A stretch of 64,000 nucleotides of DNA, taken from NCBI RefSeq assembly GCF_001194135.2, contig NC_068986.1, forward strand, positions 7,606,219-7,670,218. The letters run 5' to 3'. The notes beneath the pieces were generated by a model. The model was not told where the DNA came from and did not search any database. It saw nothing but the letters and a program-made list of their open reading frames with translations. The translations under genes were made by a program, and so were the position numbers. Source of the DNA: Octopus bimaculoides. Taxonomy: Eukaryota. Each line of letters starts with the position of its first letter. Position 1 is the stretch's first letter. This document shows positions 51,950 to 64,000 of this stretch, in pieces.

Positions 51950-53400
51950 CACGAGCAAATCTAATTTGGTACAAGCTATTAAGCTTGAGTTCTGCTTTCC
52001 TATTAAGCAGCTGCTCTGATGTTATAATATCTTATAAAGTTCGGTGCAGCATCATGTGCAGCCATACCTGTTATTAGAATATGGTGAGGTCCTTCTAACA
52101 ATGATCCACACAATCTAAGATTGAGTATTACTTTCCTTTAATTGTCACACTTTTTCGGCCACAGAAGGGCTAGCAGCCTTATAGCAATATTTATAGGAGG
52201 AAGTGATTGCGCAATCTTACTTTAAAGTCACGTAATGAATTACCTATGAAGATAAAGGTATTAGTACTATTTTTTTAGACTACATTTACAGAGGATATTA
52301 TTTGTGAAGCAGGCCCCTTTGAGCTAACAGTTAGCGCGGTCCCGACATTTGCATATTTCTGGAGTCAATCTATGACTATTCACGTCATAGCTGTTATTAT
52401 TATTACTATCATTATTGTTGTTATGTTTTTTGATATTGTTATTATTCTTTTTACAGTTACCATTTTTCTTGCTACAACTGCTCCTGTTAGCATTGTCATT
52501 CCTAATATTATTACTACTATCATTACAGCTCGCGGGTAAATTAGAAGCAGTAGTGTGACCCAAAAGGTCAGTCCTAGAGTTATTACTTAACGTTAAAGTT
52601 TGATGACCATTAATTTCATTCACATTATGATTATTACTATTAGTAACGTTTTCGTCATTCCCATTTTCTATTTGAGCACCATTCATGTCAGTTTTATGAA
52701 TTCTATGTGGAACGTGGCTGATATTCAGTCGCAGGTGGTGTCTCACGCTCAGGCGCGTGGCGGCTGTCAACGAAATCGGCCGTATTCGAACGGTAGCCGT
52801 TGCTAGTATGTGTATCCAAGAGTGAATCAACGAGGTTGTTATTACTTAGAGGTCAGAATGGTCTCGGCTTATTATCGTTAACATCAATGTTCCCGTTAGT
52901 ATTATTAGCGTAACCATTTAAGGCATAAGAAGTTATGCGAGCAGTCTAGATCACATTTTCATTTCTATTCTTATTAAATCCAAGTAATTTATTATTTCGG
53001 GCTGATATAATAGATTAGGAAGGGTAGATTACGAAACTCTAATCTTAATTTTTACATAATATATGGTGGTATATCTGCTAGAAGGAAAGAAGTTTTTCCC
53101 TAATATGTAGAACAGTTTATCTAGATTAAAAGGAAGATTATAAGAGTATTAAAAGGAGTATTATAAGAGATTACGTCATTATTACGTAATCTATTACGGT
53201 AATCCAAACTGCTGTGTTTAACCATCAGGCAGATTAAACTTATTATTCATAGGAATAACATGGCAATGAATTTCTACTCTATTTGTAACTAGGTTAGGGT
53301 GTAGTCGCATTTCTAGAAGAACTTGCGTAACTGTGCGAAGCCTCTGAGCAACTTGTAACATTATTATGATAATTATTGTAATTAGCTTCATTTCTGTTAT
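51950..53400 (-). mobile_element. Degraded Penelope-like element (RT-EN linker, Asn-rich spacer, GIY-YIG)
   Basis: RNNDVISYNTPFN...FFPSSRY...IISARNNKLL (linker), Asn-rich ORF 52324..52830 ending CKCRDRANC*LKGACFTNNI, FIFIG..FKVRLRNH, IVWIIVRRTSPYSNN..CT*CCTE. Confidence 0.65.
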
Positions 53401-54293
53401 TACTATTATTATTATCATAACCATCATTATTATTACTATTATTATTACTATTGTTGTTTTTTGTCGTTGTTGCTGTCGTAATTAGATCTTATACCCTTTG
53501 TAAGCTCAGGTAAGGGCTTCATAAGATTGTATTTTTTAGAATGCTTCCTATGATGGTATTCATTCCCATTACCATGCCCATGTGCAAATTTAGTATGAGA
53601 TTTATTATTACCAAACAAAGAATCGCTAGGTTTAGTGCTGTGAGTGGTTTTTATTGTCTATAGATGAAAACACAAAACAAATTTGTCACTCGAGTTATGC
53701 GCACAACCACAAGTACTGACCAAATACACAACGTGCATGCAAAGTCTCACAGAAGTACACTCATGGCACATATTCCACAAGCAACTATAAGCTCCAGATT
53801 TAACGCAGGGGGTCCATTAAGCCAATTAGCCCCACTTAAGGCCCATGTTCATCATGTCAATCATATCACAGGGAAATTTGCCCCATGCCCTTATATTGAA
53901 GTTTAATGGCCTGAAATATCACTAAAATACACTATGTAAACTTCACCAGTAATGGTGAGCCACTCATGTCGATTCTTTTCGGTTAGCTTAAAAATTGTTT
54001 GGATTAAATGAAGACATTTCCAACGAAAGCAACTCTCAATCGTTCAGCAGATACTTATCAGTCGCAGAAACCAGACTCTATGAGAGAAACCATTCCTAAG
54101 ATTCTGGGAGAAAACATTACAATCTTCCTGTTGACGAAGAAGTTCCAAATAGTATGTAGACTACTTGGCATCTTAGTTTGTTGCTCATGAATCGGAAGAT
54201 GTATGTGGGATATCGAATTGAAATAAAGTGTAACTAAGCCTATCCCAAGTGGAATTAGAACAACAGAGCGTACTCATTGCACAGGAGTGTCAT

Positions 54294-54325
<32 letters not shown>

Positions 54326-54714
54326 NNNNNNNNNNNNNNNNNNNNNNNNNNNNNNNNNNNNNNNNNNNNNNNNNNNNNNNNNNNNNNNNNNNNNNNNNNN
54401 NNNNNNNNNNNNNNNNNNNNNNNNTATATTTATATATTTATATATTTGATCCTTTATATTGAACACTCAATATTTCATCTACATTCAATACTTTATTTCA
54501 TGGTGCCATCCATTTTTATTTTTATTTTATATTATATATTGTATATTATATTATATATTGTATATTCCATATTCTATACCCCACATTAGTTCTGCAGGAA
54601 TATAAATAAAACATAAAAAACAGACAGTGTTGGAACTCTTTTAAGCAAAATAATATATTCCTCTATACACAATCATACAAAAAAATCCACCCTTTTTTTG
54701 TATTTATTTTTACT

Positions 54715-54755
<41 letters not shown>

Positions 54756-54869
54756 TCATCATCATCATCACGTGCGAGTCAGTCTTGAAATGATTTCACA
54801 CAAAATTGATATTGTAGAATTATTAGGATTAGTATTGTTGGAGAAGCGTCTGCAATTTTAATTTTTATA

Positions 54870-56640
54870 CCTGTATAGCGCTGATATTTACTCAGGGTCT
54901 AACCGCAGAAAAAGACGCAGAAGTAAGAACAAGAATCCTCGTTAAGCTGGAGCAAAACCATGCTATAACCTTACAACAAGTGTTAGAAGAGTGTGAAAGA
55001 ATAGTAAATTTAAGACAAGACACTGAGAAAATTGAACATAAAGATTGCTCCCAAGTGTAATAAGTGCGAAACAGGCAGAATAGAAATCAAGCGTGTACTA
55101 AAATAAAGTACAAATAGGACAAAATTCAGGAAACAAACCCATTTTAGAAAGTGGGCAGTTAATAGACTACATTATTGCATTATGATTTCAAAATACAATA
55201 CTTACCCACCTACCGTCAAAGAAACTAGGGCATGCAGATGGTTTGTCCAGACTGATGTCGAAACACTACGAGCCATTCGAAGATACAGAAATCGCAACAT
55301 TAAGATGAGAAGGAGAAATAAAAAAGTAATGTGGAATGTGGTACACGAATTACCGGTGATCCTAGAAGACATAAAACCAAATGCAGAAAAGGACAAATTC
55401 ATAACAGAAAAGAAAAAATACTGCGGAGAGGAAAAGTAAATAGGAAGAGGACTGGTGCGCAACAAAATCAAGACGTGAAGGTTGTGGTAGTGTGCTGATG
55501 CATACACAGAGATTAGTAAAACACTGTAAAAGAAAATGGAGAGGGAATTCCATGTTAGACATTCTGGTATTTCGAGGATGAAATCGTTAATGGGTAGCTA
55601 CGTGTACTGGCCAAAAACGGTCAGAGAAATCGGAAATTTAGTGAAAGAAAATGTGCTCTAGCAGCAAAATGACCGACGATAAAAAGGGAACCTTGGCTAA
55701 AAGTAGATGTGGTCGAGACTACACATTGGTTTCGCTGATTCTTCAAACGGTTCATACTTCTTAGTGGGAGTAGATAGTTTCTCTAAATGGCCAGAAATTT
55801 ATAAGTGTCAAAAGCCAACCTCCTCAACTACTACAAGCTTTCTACATGAGCTGTTTGCGAGATTTGACGTCTCAGAAACTATAGTGTCTGATAATGGAAC
55901 GCAATTTGTGTCTTTTGAGTTTAAAATGTCTTGAAATATATGTTCGGGGTAGAACATGTAACTACTGCATCAGACCTTCCCAGATCTAACAGACAAGTAG
56001 AACGCTTTCTCGATACGTTCCAGAGAGCCCTAAGAAAGTCGAACAAAGAAGTTACGGATAAGGTAGCTGAAAGTATACCGAGTGACATGAAATATAAACA
56101 CACCAGCAGGTATGTCACCAGCGGTGCTGATGTTTGCGAGGAAAATATAATCAGCCTTCGACAAAATGCTACCTGGTAAGAAAAGAAGAATTGCTATGGA
56201 TAATACAGCAAGATATTTCAAAATTGGTGAAAATGTATTTGGTAGGTATGTAAGAACGGAAAACAAAGTTGGGAAGACGGTGTGATTACCAAACGCATAG
56301 GAAAAACGCTATACTTGGTAAAAGGACGAAAATGGGTACACAAGTGACTAAAAGAAATATTCGTTGAGAACGAACCCAAGAGAATGGAAGAACCAGTCGA
56401 ACGGTTATATAATACTTTTCAAGTACCAACGCCACTACAAATAATTGAACACAGACGCACAAGAGAAAGGAAAGGAAAATGTGCAGAGTTCCTGGAAGTG
56501 TAGGCCAAACGAAAAAATATTAAATTAGTAACTGTATGGGAAAATTCAAAACAGGGAGGTAGCGTGATGTAAAAATTATTGTTAATAGAAGGAAATAAAA
56601 TTACATTCCCTAAGAAAAAAAGAAACTTAAAAGGAAAGAT
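54870..56640 (+). mobile_element. Internally deleted Ty3/gypsy LTR retrotransposon (gag piece, RNase H end, integrase, PPT)
   Basis: LIFTQGL..DAEVRTRILVKLE...EECERIVNLRQD (gag); YDFKIQY..GHADGLSRL (RNase H end); HSGISRMKSLM..YVYWP, WSRLHI, FLVGVDSFSKWPE, IVSDNGTQF, SNRQVERF (integrase); purine tract acagggaggtagcg before tgatgt at about 56560. Confidence 0.85.
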
Positions 56641-56648
56641 GTTATGGG

Positions 56649-56763
<115 letters not shown>

Positions 56764-57334
56764 NNNNNNNNNNNNNNNNNNNNNNNNNNNNNNNNNNNNN
56801 NNNNNNNNNNNNNNNNNNNNNNNNNNNNNNNNNNNNNNNNNNNNNNNNNNNNNNNNNNNNNNNNNNNNNNNNNNNNNNNNNNNNNNNNNNNNNNNNNNNN
56901 NNNNNNNNNNNNNNNNNNNNNNNNNNNNNNNNNNNNNNNNNNNNNNNNNNNNNNNNNNNNNNNNNNNNNNNNNNNNNNNNNNNNNNNNNNNNNNNNNNNN
57001 NNNNNNNNNNNNNNNNNNNNNNNNNNNNNNNNNNNNNNNNNNNNNNNNNNNNNNNNNNNNNNNNNNNNNNNNNNNNNNNNNNNNNNNNNNNNNNNNNNNN
57101 NNNNNNNNNNNNNNNNNNNNNNNNNNNNNNNNNNNNNNNNNNNNNNNNNNNNNNNNNNNNNNNNNNNNNNNNNNNNNNNNNNNNNNNNNNNNNNNNNNNN
57201 NNNNNNNNNNNNNNNNNNNNNNNNNNNNNNNNNNNNNNNNNNNNNNNNNNNNNNNNNNNNNNNNNNNNNNNNNNNNNNNNNNNNNNNNNNNNNNNNNNNN
57301 NNNNNNNNNNNNNNNNNNNNNNNNNNNNNNNNNN

Positions 57335-57711
57335 ATGTATCAATACCAGCAGATGACAACGTTTCTCTAAAAGAAATGGAGAAACTTTTAAAATACAAAG
57401 ACCTGGAAATAGAGGTAACTCGAATGTGGAATCTAAAAACAGAAACAATTCCTATCATAGTAGGTGCCTTAGGTATAATAAAAAAATATTCAGACAAATA
57501 CATAACAAAAACAGCAGGACTTACAAATATATATAACATACAGAAAATTGCACTACTGGGCAGTGCACACATCCTATGCAAAACACTTCAATACAGTAAC
57601 CATAAGAGCATCACAGCAAACCACAGCACATACCCAAGGCGCACAGAGCTGCGCTCGGTAGTGAAGTGAAAGCACGTTATAAAACTAAAACTACTGAACC
57701 ATAATAATAAT
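57335..57711 (+). mobile_element. R4/Dong-like LINE 3' end
   Basis: VSIPADDNVSLKEMEKLLKYKDLEIEVTRMWNLKTETIPIIVGALG...IQKIALLGSAHILCKTL; close to 44090-44180; tail ataataataat. Confidence 0.85.
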
Positions 57712-57727
57712 GAAGCACCCCCACCCA

Positions 57728-57863
57728 TGTAACGAGTGGTATGTGCTAGTCGTTACTATGACGAAGGAAATTGAGTTGTCAAGAAGTTGGTGAAGTCGGT
57801 CATAGATAGTCGTAGCTTTACTTGCCTAACTAACTATACTGCTATACCGGAGTGGACGTTACA
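57728..57863. mobile_element. Short solo-LTR-like element
   Basis: 136 bp bounded by TGTAACG...CGTTACA (7-bp inverted termini, TG..CA); no matching target-site duplication. Confidence 0.4.
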
Positions 57864-60567
57864 ACAGTCCAACTTTGGATTAGGACAGGTTTCAAATTTA
57901 AGGCCAAGGTTTATAGATATTTCAAATTGTATCAAAATGTACTTGTAATTACGGATCGATAATCAAAACTAGTTGATGATATTTTTCAGGTGGCCTTTCC
58001 CTCCTCTTTCAGTCTCAAATACACGCACACACTCGCACACACATGAAAACAAACACATACGCACATTATAAATATAACAAAAACGCGTGTGCGTGTGTAT
58101 GTGCATGCTTCTGTGTTAATAAAAAACATGCCTCCTAATCTGTTAGAAATGACGATTTTTACCTTCACGGTTTTAATAGCAGAATGATTGGTAACAAGGA
58201 ACTGAGGAAGAGAGTGAAGGAGAAATTCTATAGAGAGAGGAATTTAATCGTATTAAATCCAACAATCTTTGTGCTTCCTAAGTTTTCTATTTTCTACAAA
58301 AACTATATCTGGACACATGACAGATATTTTACATAAAATATTATAGAATAAAGTTTACTACAAAAAGTATTCAGATATATATGTATTCTATAAAACATAT
58401 TTTTACAAGAATTCGTGAAATTCATAGAAAATATATGACAAAAGATACAGTGCTGCTGTTGTTTAGCTCACAAGGCAGCCTTGCTTACGTAGATTTATGA
58501 GTAATCGAGTTACTGCTATACCCATTACTGCTTTATTTGCATAGCTACGATTAGATTACTATTACTATTCTTTTTCCTGATGGTAAGAAAATTTAGCTTT
58601 TATTTCGAATGATCTGTAGAAGAGTCCACGTTTGTACATGAAGTACATATTTCCAGAAACTGTATAGTTTACTGTGAAATATCTACACCTACCTTCAAAC
58701 TTAAATAATCGTTCCACAGAAAAGTATTTCAGTTCACAAAGCAGGCACGAGCGTAATTTATATTCCTCACATATAATTAATGTATAATATATATTGAAGA
58801 TTTCAAAATGATGTCTACCTATACGAATAAATGATTCTAGCGAGATCTAATAGCTTGCAACAAAGCATACACCATGTATGATTATACAGCTCTAGAAACT
58901 CCATGACATCAGTCAGGATTTGCATTAGATAACGGCTAATTAGCTGTGATTTATGGTGCTTGGTACCATTTGGTGAATTATAATGAAATCCTATTGTAAT
59001 CTGTTCTCCTGATTTTGTATAGCAGTGTCTTTATTTAACTTTGTTATATAACGGCCTTGTTATATCTGAGATATGGTGCCAGGTAATTGCACACTGAACA
59101 TAATGTTCCAAAAGGTGAGTGGGATAAAGTGCAATTTCCAGCAGTTTAATCCCTGGCTACAACAAAATGGCAACTTAAGATAGCAATATTTTTGAATTTG
59201 AAAATATAAAAAACACCTTAAAATAAATAGAAAAAAAGAAAAATATACATTAGTATAAGATGATAAAAAAATTAGAAAATATAACTGCCAATTGTCGCAA
59301 ATCGTTAATTATTTCAGCATCGGACTTGTTGAGTGATTTAATATCCTTTCCGAGGCTATCAGCAAATTACCAAATATTCGTAATCGTTCCATGCAGTTAT
59401 GTTAGATAGAAAAACAAATTTATATTTTTCGTTGATTTCAATGAATATGAATTTAGCGAATGAAATTCAATTTCGGAGAGAGTAATGAGGAAGGAATGAA
59501 AACGGAAGATTTAAATTCCGTAGAAAAAACAGGAATGAAAAGTTAAAAGGGAAACAAATGAAGACATAAATGAACAAACAGAATAAATTAATACGTTACT
59601 AATGAAGCAAACATACATTATAAATTGCATTATAAATTACATTAATAGACATTAATATGTATTGCTATCAGTTGAAAAGGCCGAGGGAAGTGAAGTGAAA
59701 TTTATGAAATAGCTGGTGTTGTACGATATAACGTTCAGATTAGAGAGTAACAAATATTGCTCGTTTCGAAAACCATACAAGCAATATTCAGTTATAATTT
59801 TAAATACATAATTAGGATTTCATCAGAGAATATGAGAGAATATAATTCCAAAGTTGTTGACTGAAATTAGCAAACGAATTTTGATGCAGTGAATCCTAAA
59901 CTTTTCTTTTTGCAAGCAATGTTATTGCCAGAATCAGCATCTGTGTCACTTATGTTGCTTAAATGAAGTGTTCATCATCTAAGGAGTCGTATCAACAAAT
60001 GACTTTAATTATTTTTAACAATATTGACACAAAAGAAAATTACATTATTTTACAATATATCGTAAGGGACTAAAACATTGTATCCAGTTCCACTAACACC
60101 ATAATGACTATCTTAGTAATTATGCATTTGATGGTTTATAACGAGGCACTTTTTTGCCAAACATTATTTTGTCTGACATTCGTTTCCTCATTCCCCGAAA
60201 ACGAGATCATTTCAGAGTATAATGTATTAACGTTACAGCTAAATTCCACTTTTTTCCATTAAATAAGTTTTCCTTTCGTTTCTCTATTGCGATTAAATTC
60301 TCTAATAGTTCTGAAATAGATTGATTTAATGCAGCAACAGTGTCCTATTTTGTTTTGTGATGAAGTAGTGATAGTAGAAGCCATTATAATGAGCTTTCTC
60401 ACGATAGGAAGTTTTAATGGTCACAATCTGAAAGAGAAGGCAATCAACTACCTTCTTATAGATTACAGATCAATGGTATGTCATTCTTGTTTGCAGTCTG
60501 TACCATTTCAAAATATTTTTTCTTCTAATATTGATTTTAAATTTTCGCGCAAGGCCACCAAGTTCAG

Positions 60568-60743
60568 GAGAAGGGATAAGTCGATTATATCGATCCCACT
60601 GTTCAACCAGTGCTTATTTTACTGGACCCGAAAGGATGAAAGCCAAATTCGACCTTGGTGGAATTTGAATACAGAACGTAAAGACGGACGAAATACCGTT
60701 AAGCATTTTGCATGGCGTGTTAGCGATTCGGACAGCTCGCTGC
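60568..60743 (-). mobile_element. SINE family A copy
   Basis: Aligns to 5880-6054. Confidence 0.8.
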
Positions 60744-61329
60744 TTTTTCTCTTCTAATGTTAATAACATCTGTGAATCGAAAGCATTTTTTCCTAATATT
60801 CCCTAAATGATTTTTTATGTATTATTTATTTATTCATTTATTTTATTGGTGCACACTGTTATTCCATTAATTTTTTATAAATCTATAACACCAAACCTCA
60901 ATACCGAAAAATCATTATGCACTTTAGCAATTGTCCTTTAGCTTTGAGAATTATTTGTCTGGATGTTATAATGAAACAACTCTTTCAAGGTATCCAATCC
61001 AAATCTCTTTTCATCTGCCATCTTTACTGTTTAATTTTTTGGCCGGAAGTTGTTTTTAAATATTATTTCTTGAAGATTCTGTCTTTTTTTTTTCTAGCAA
61101 CTTTCTGTTATGACACTGGGGGGTAGTGCCAAATTACTATGTCACCATTTTGCCTTGCATTTTCCTTATCTTATCTGGCGATGGCTAAGAAACCCCACCC
61201 CTGCTGCTTTGCTTATGCGTATGGTGAAACGTTGTTAATTTTCATTTTGGCTGCTAGCATTTTATATGGCGCACGTGCTAATGCTATGTATTCTTTCCAT
61301 TGAAAATACTTATAAAAAACTATGCGTTC

Positions 61330-61470
61330 GGGCGGTCGATTGGCAGAATCGCTCTAATGTCAGATAGAGTGCCATGTGGTATTTAGATCAATTCTTCATG
61401 TTCAACTCTCCACGGAGTGAACTTTACATTTTATTTTTCCGAATTCGATAAAAACAAATTCCTACTATAC
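61330..61470 (+). mobile_element. Old SINE family A copy
   Basis: ggcggtcgattggcagaatcg...gttcaactctccacggagtgaactttac resembles the family A head. Confidence 0.45.
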
Positions 61471-62113
61471 AAGTAATGGTTTCGATTTACTCACTTCACT
61501 CCACACTATCTCCAAAATTGTGGGCTTGAGGCAATGTTGGAAACTATAAATAACTCTGGGAATCATTTTTATACAAGAGATGTCTGCGGTTTATAGGGCA
61601 CTAAAATGTCTGCAGTATTCCTTGCCAGTACGGCAAGCAGTCGGTTTGTATTAGTAGACACATAAAAGCTTCATGGGGTATTTTTGACAGGATTGTACTG
61701 AAGAATAATGCAAATAAGAGTATATCTTGCAACAGAGACTGTGTAGTTCCTTTCTACAGGAAAGTTCCTCTACCAACATGTGCAGTTTGAATTACCTATA
61801 TTAATTAATAAAACATCTGTGCTTACTTTTGCATTACTTTTGGCGGAAACCTCGAGGTATGAATAAGAGTGGTATCATTGTAAAATCAAAAGCTTATCGT
61901 GTCCCTTTCAAACTATTTCACATCTTTTCAATAAATAATTTTGTACAGTCATTCTACATTCAAGTCTTCCGACTCGAGCACGAAATCTTTCTCCCGTCAC
62001 ACCTAGAATCACATTGGGTAATGTTGTCCTATATTTTCTATGAATAAAAAACGGCTGAGATACACTTTGATTATACAAGAGCATTATATTTCTCTTGAAG
62101 CATTGTGATACGG

Positions 62114-62193
62114 AAGAAGAAGAAGAAAAAGAAGAAGAAGAAGAAGAAGAAGAAGAAGAAGAAGAAGAAGAAGAAGAAGAAGAAGAAGAAGAA
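62114..62193. repeat. (AAG)n microsatellite
   Basis: Direct reading. Confidence 0.95.
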
Positions 62194-62326
62194 ATAAAGG
62201 GAGAGAGTCTCTTCTAATGCAACGAAGTAAGATGAAAAATCTTTATATATTTCAAGCACAAATCCCCATTGATTATAGTCCGTGGTATTCCTGTTGTACA
62301 ACGACAAAAACAATTACATAAATTAA

Positions 62327-62364
<38 letters not shown>

Positions 62365-62380
62365 GACAAAAGCACACACA

Positions 62381-62598
62381 GAGTAATCCCTCGCCATATC
62401 GCGGTTCACCTATCACGGTTTATTATTTAAGCTTAGGTCGATTCCTTCGTGGTGTTGTTTTGCATTTATAATAAAATAAATATCTACAAATAATAAAGAC
62501 AATAAAAAATGAGAAACGGTACTATTTCTACTCCGCGGCTTTTCACCTAGTGCAGGGGGTTTTGGAACGGAACATCCGCGATGTTCTAGGGATTACTG
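62381..62598. mobile_element. Tigger/pogo-like MITE
   Basis: Imperfect TIRs agtaatccctcgccatatcgcgg and (reverse) cagtaatccctagaacatcgcgg; TA at 62599-62600; no coding capacity. Confidence 0.55.
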
Positions 62599-63830
62599 TA
62601 TTTATATACACTAAGATATATGATACTTTATCTCAATACTAATACAATTTAAGTTGTAAATCTTGAAATAACCCGAAGTTTCCGTCAATTCGTTTCTTAT
62701 TTTATTCATTTTCACATGTGGTATTTTACGAACAATAGCAAAGTCAAGTAATGTTCGTCATGAACGTTTAGTGATGGATGAGTCCCAGTTAGTCATAATA
62801 AATTTAATGTGTTTGCTCGTTTATCTAGCATGTACGTAAACCGAATTGTAACTTGTAGTTTGCCCAAAATTGCGAATCGTTGGATTTTCTAATGTTATTG
62901 TTCGAAAATATCAATCAATAATAAGATTTGTGACATGAAACCAATGTTTGGCCTTTTTATTCATAGAATTTAATGGTAACACTGGTGTCTTATGCTTGTT
63001 TGCGATGTTATTTTTTTCAGTATATTATTCTTAGGGTTGGAGTTCATTTCTTACGTTTCTCTTGTTTTGTCTGCTTTCAAAAATATTTTGTTCCATTCTC
63101 GAGAGCTATTCACCAACATTTACTGGAAATTGTTATATAGTTTCTTGAACTTTATATTCTCCACCATTACGGAAGATATCCTTCCAGTACAGCAATACGT
63201 CAAACGTTTATAAATATGTTTGTGTGTTAGTATAACCATACTTTTATTGAGAAAATCTATCGGATATCCATTCATATTCAGCAGTTGTCTTTAATCTGTG
63301 AGGAGCGTAGTAAATCATATAAAACTAATATTTTGCAAACGACAAATATCCAACTTAGCATATAGATACATTCTTACGTGCATATGTACCCATAAACGAA
63401 TGTAATATTCTTCTAATAAAGACTCTAATACAGAAATGTAGCAGGTAGTTTAATGTAGCGCACAGGTATTTAAAGATTTAAAGAGACACATAAACATCCG
63501 AAAACAGACATATTACAATATAACAAACACGCAGGTGGACACTACACAAAATAACAGCCAATGAGAATGCAAAACTAACAAGTCAAGCACAGCAACAAAA
63601 AATTCTTTAACTCAATTGTTATATAAACGAGAAATATATAAAACTAGAATAAGAAATAATATCTGGAATGTCATGTTGTGGGGAAACTAGTTGTTGAATT
63701 TAAACAAAGGAACGCTCTAATCATAAAAAGCCTGACAGTTTGGTATTGACTTCTCTTTTGGTATTCTACTTATTAATAACACATGTGCCACACACGCTCA
63801 ATTATATATATATATTCGTTAATACATTCA

Positions 63831-63966
63831 TACTCTTTTACATGTTTCAGTCATTTGACTGCGGTCATGCTGGAGCACTACCTTAAAGGGTTGCAATCGA
63901 ACAAAGCGACCCTAGAACTTATTCTTTGTAAGACTAGTACTTACTGAATCGAAGCTCTTTTGCCGA
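63831..63966 (-). mobile_element. SINE family B 3' fragment
   Basis: ctcttttacatgtttcagtcatttgactgcggtcatgctggagcac matches 28547-28600. Confidence 0.7.
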
Positions 63967-64000
63967 TATAATATCGATGAATATTACACACACACACACA

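Noticed and set aside
58566-59120. About 95-codon minus open frame and plus-strand donors at 59083 and 59117
   Set aside because: No recognisable product; within chance expectation.

Overview
Eukaryotic, visibly AT-rich, microsatellite-dense draft-assembly sequence with nine N-gaps. The SINE families and repeat landscape look like those I recall from Octopus genomes (inference; not database-checked). I cannot support any intact host protein-coding gene: most ORFs in the track are microsatellite read-throughs, N-gap artefacts or transposon remnants. The window is a graveyard of mobile elements: two full-length but inactivated DD34D mariners with TIRs and TA target sites, two maT/Tc1-like remnants, at least six fragments of R4/Dong-like REL-endonuclease LINEs (mostly abutting microsatellites), about seven Penelope-like (PLE) fragments, an internally deleted Ty3/gypsy element, tRNA-derived SINEs, a MITE and a tRNA-Gln-like pseudogene. 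The most interesting signal is a nearly complete type I hammerhead ribozyme (18486-18542) just downstream of a PLE GIY-YIG remnant, with two more decayed hammerhead-like motifs behind other PLE remnants. A few candidate exons are reported at low confidence.
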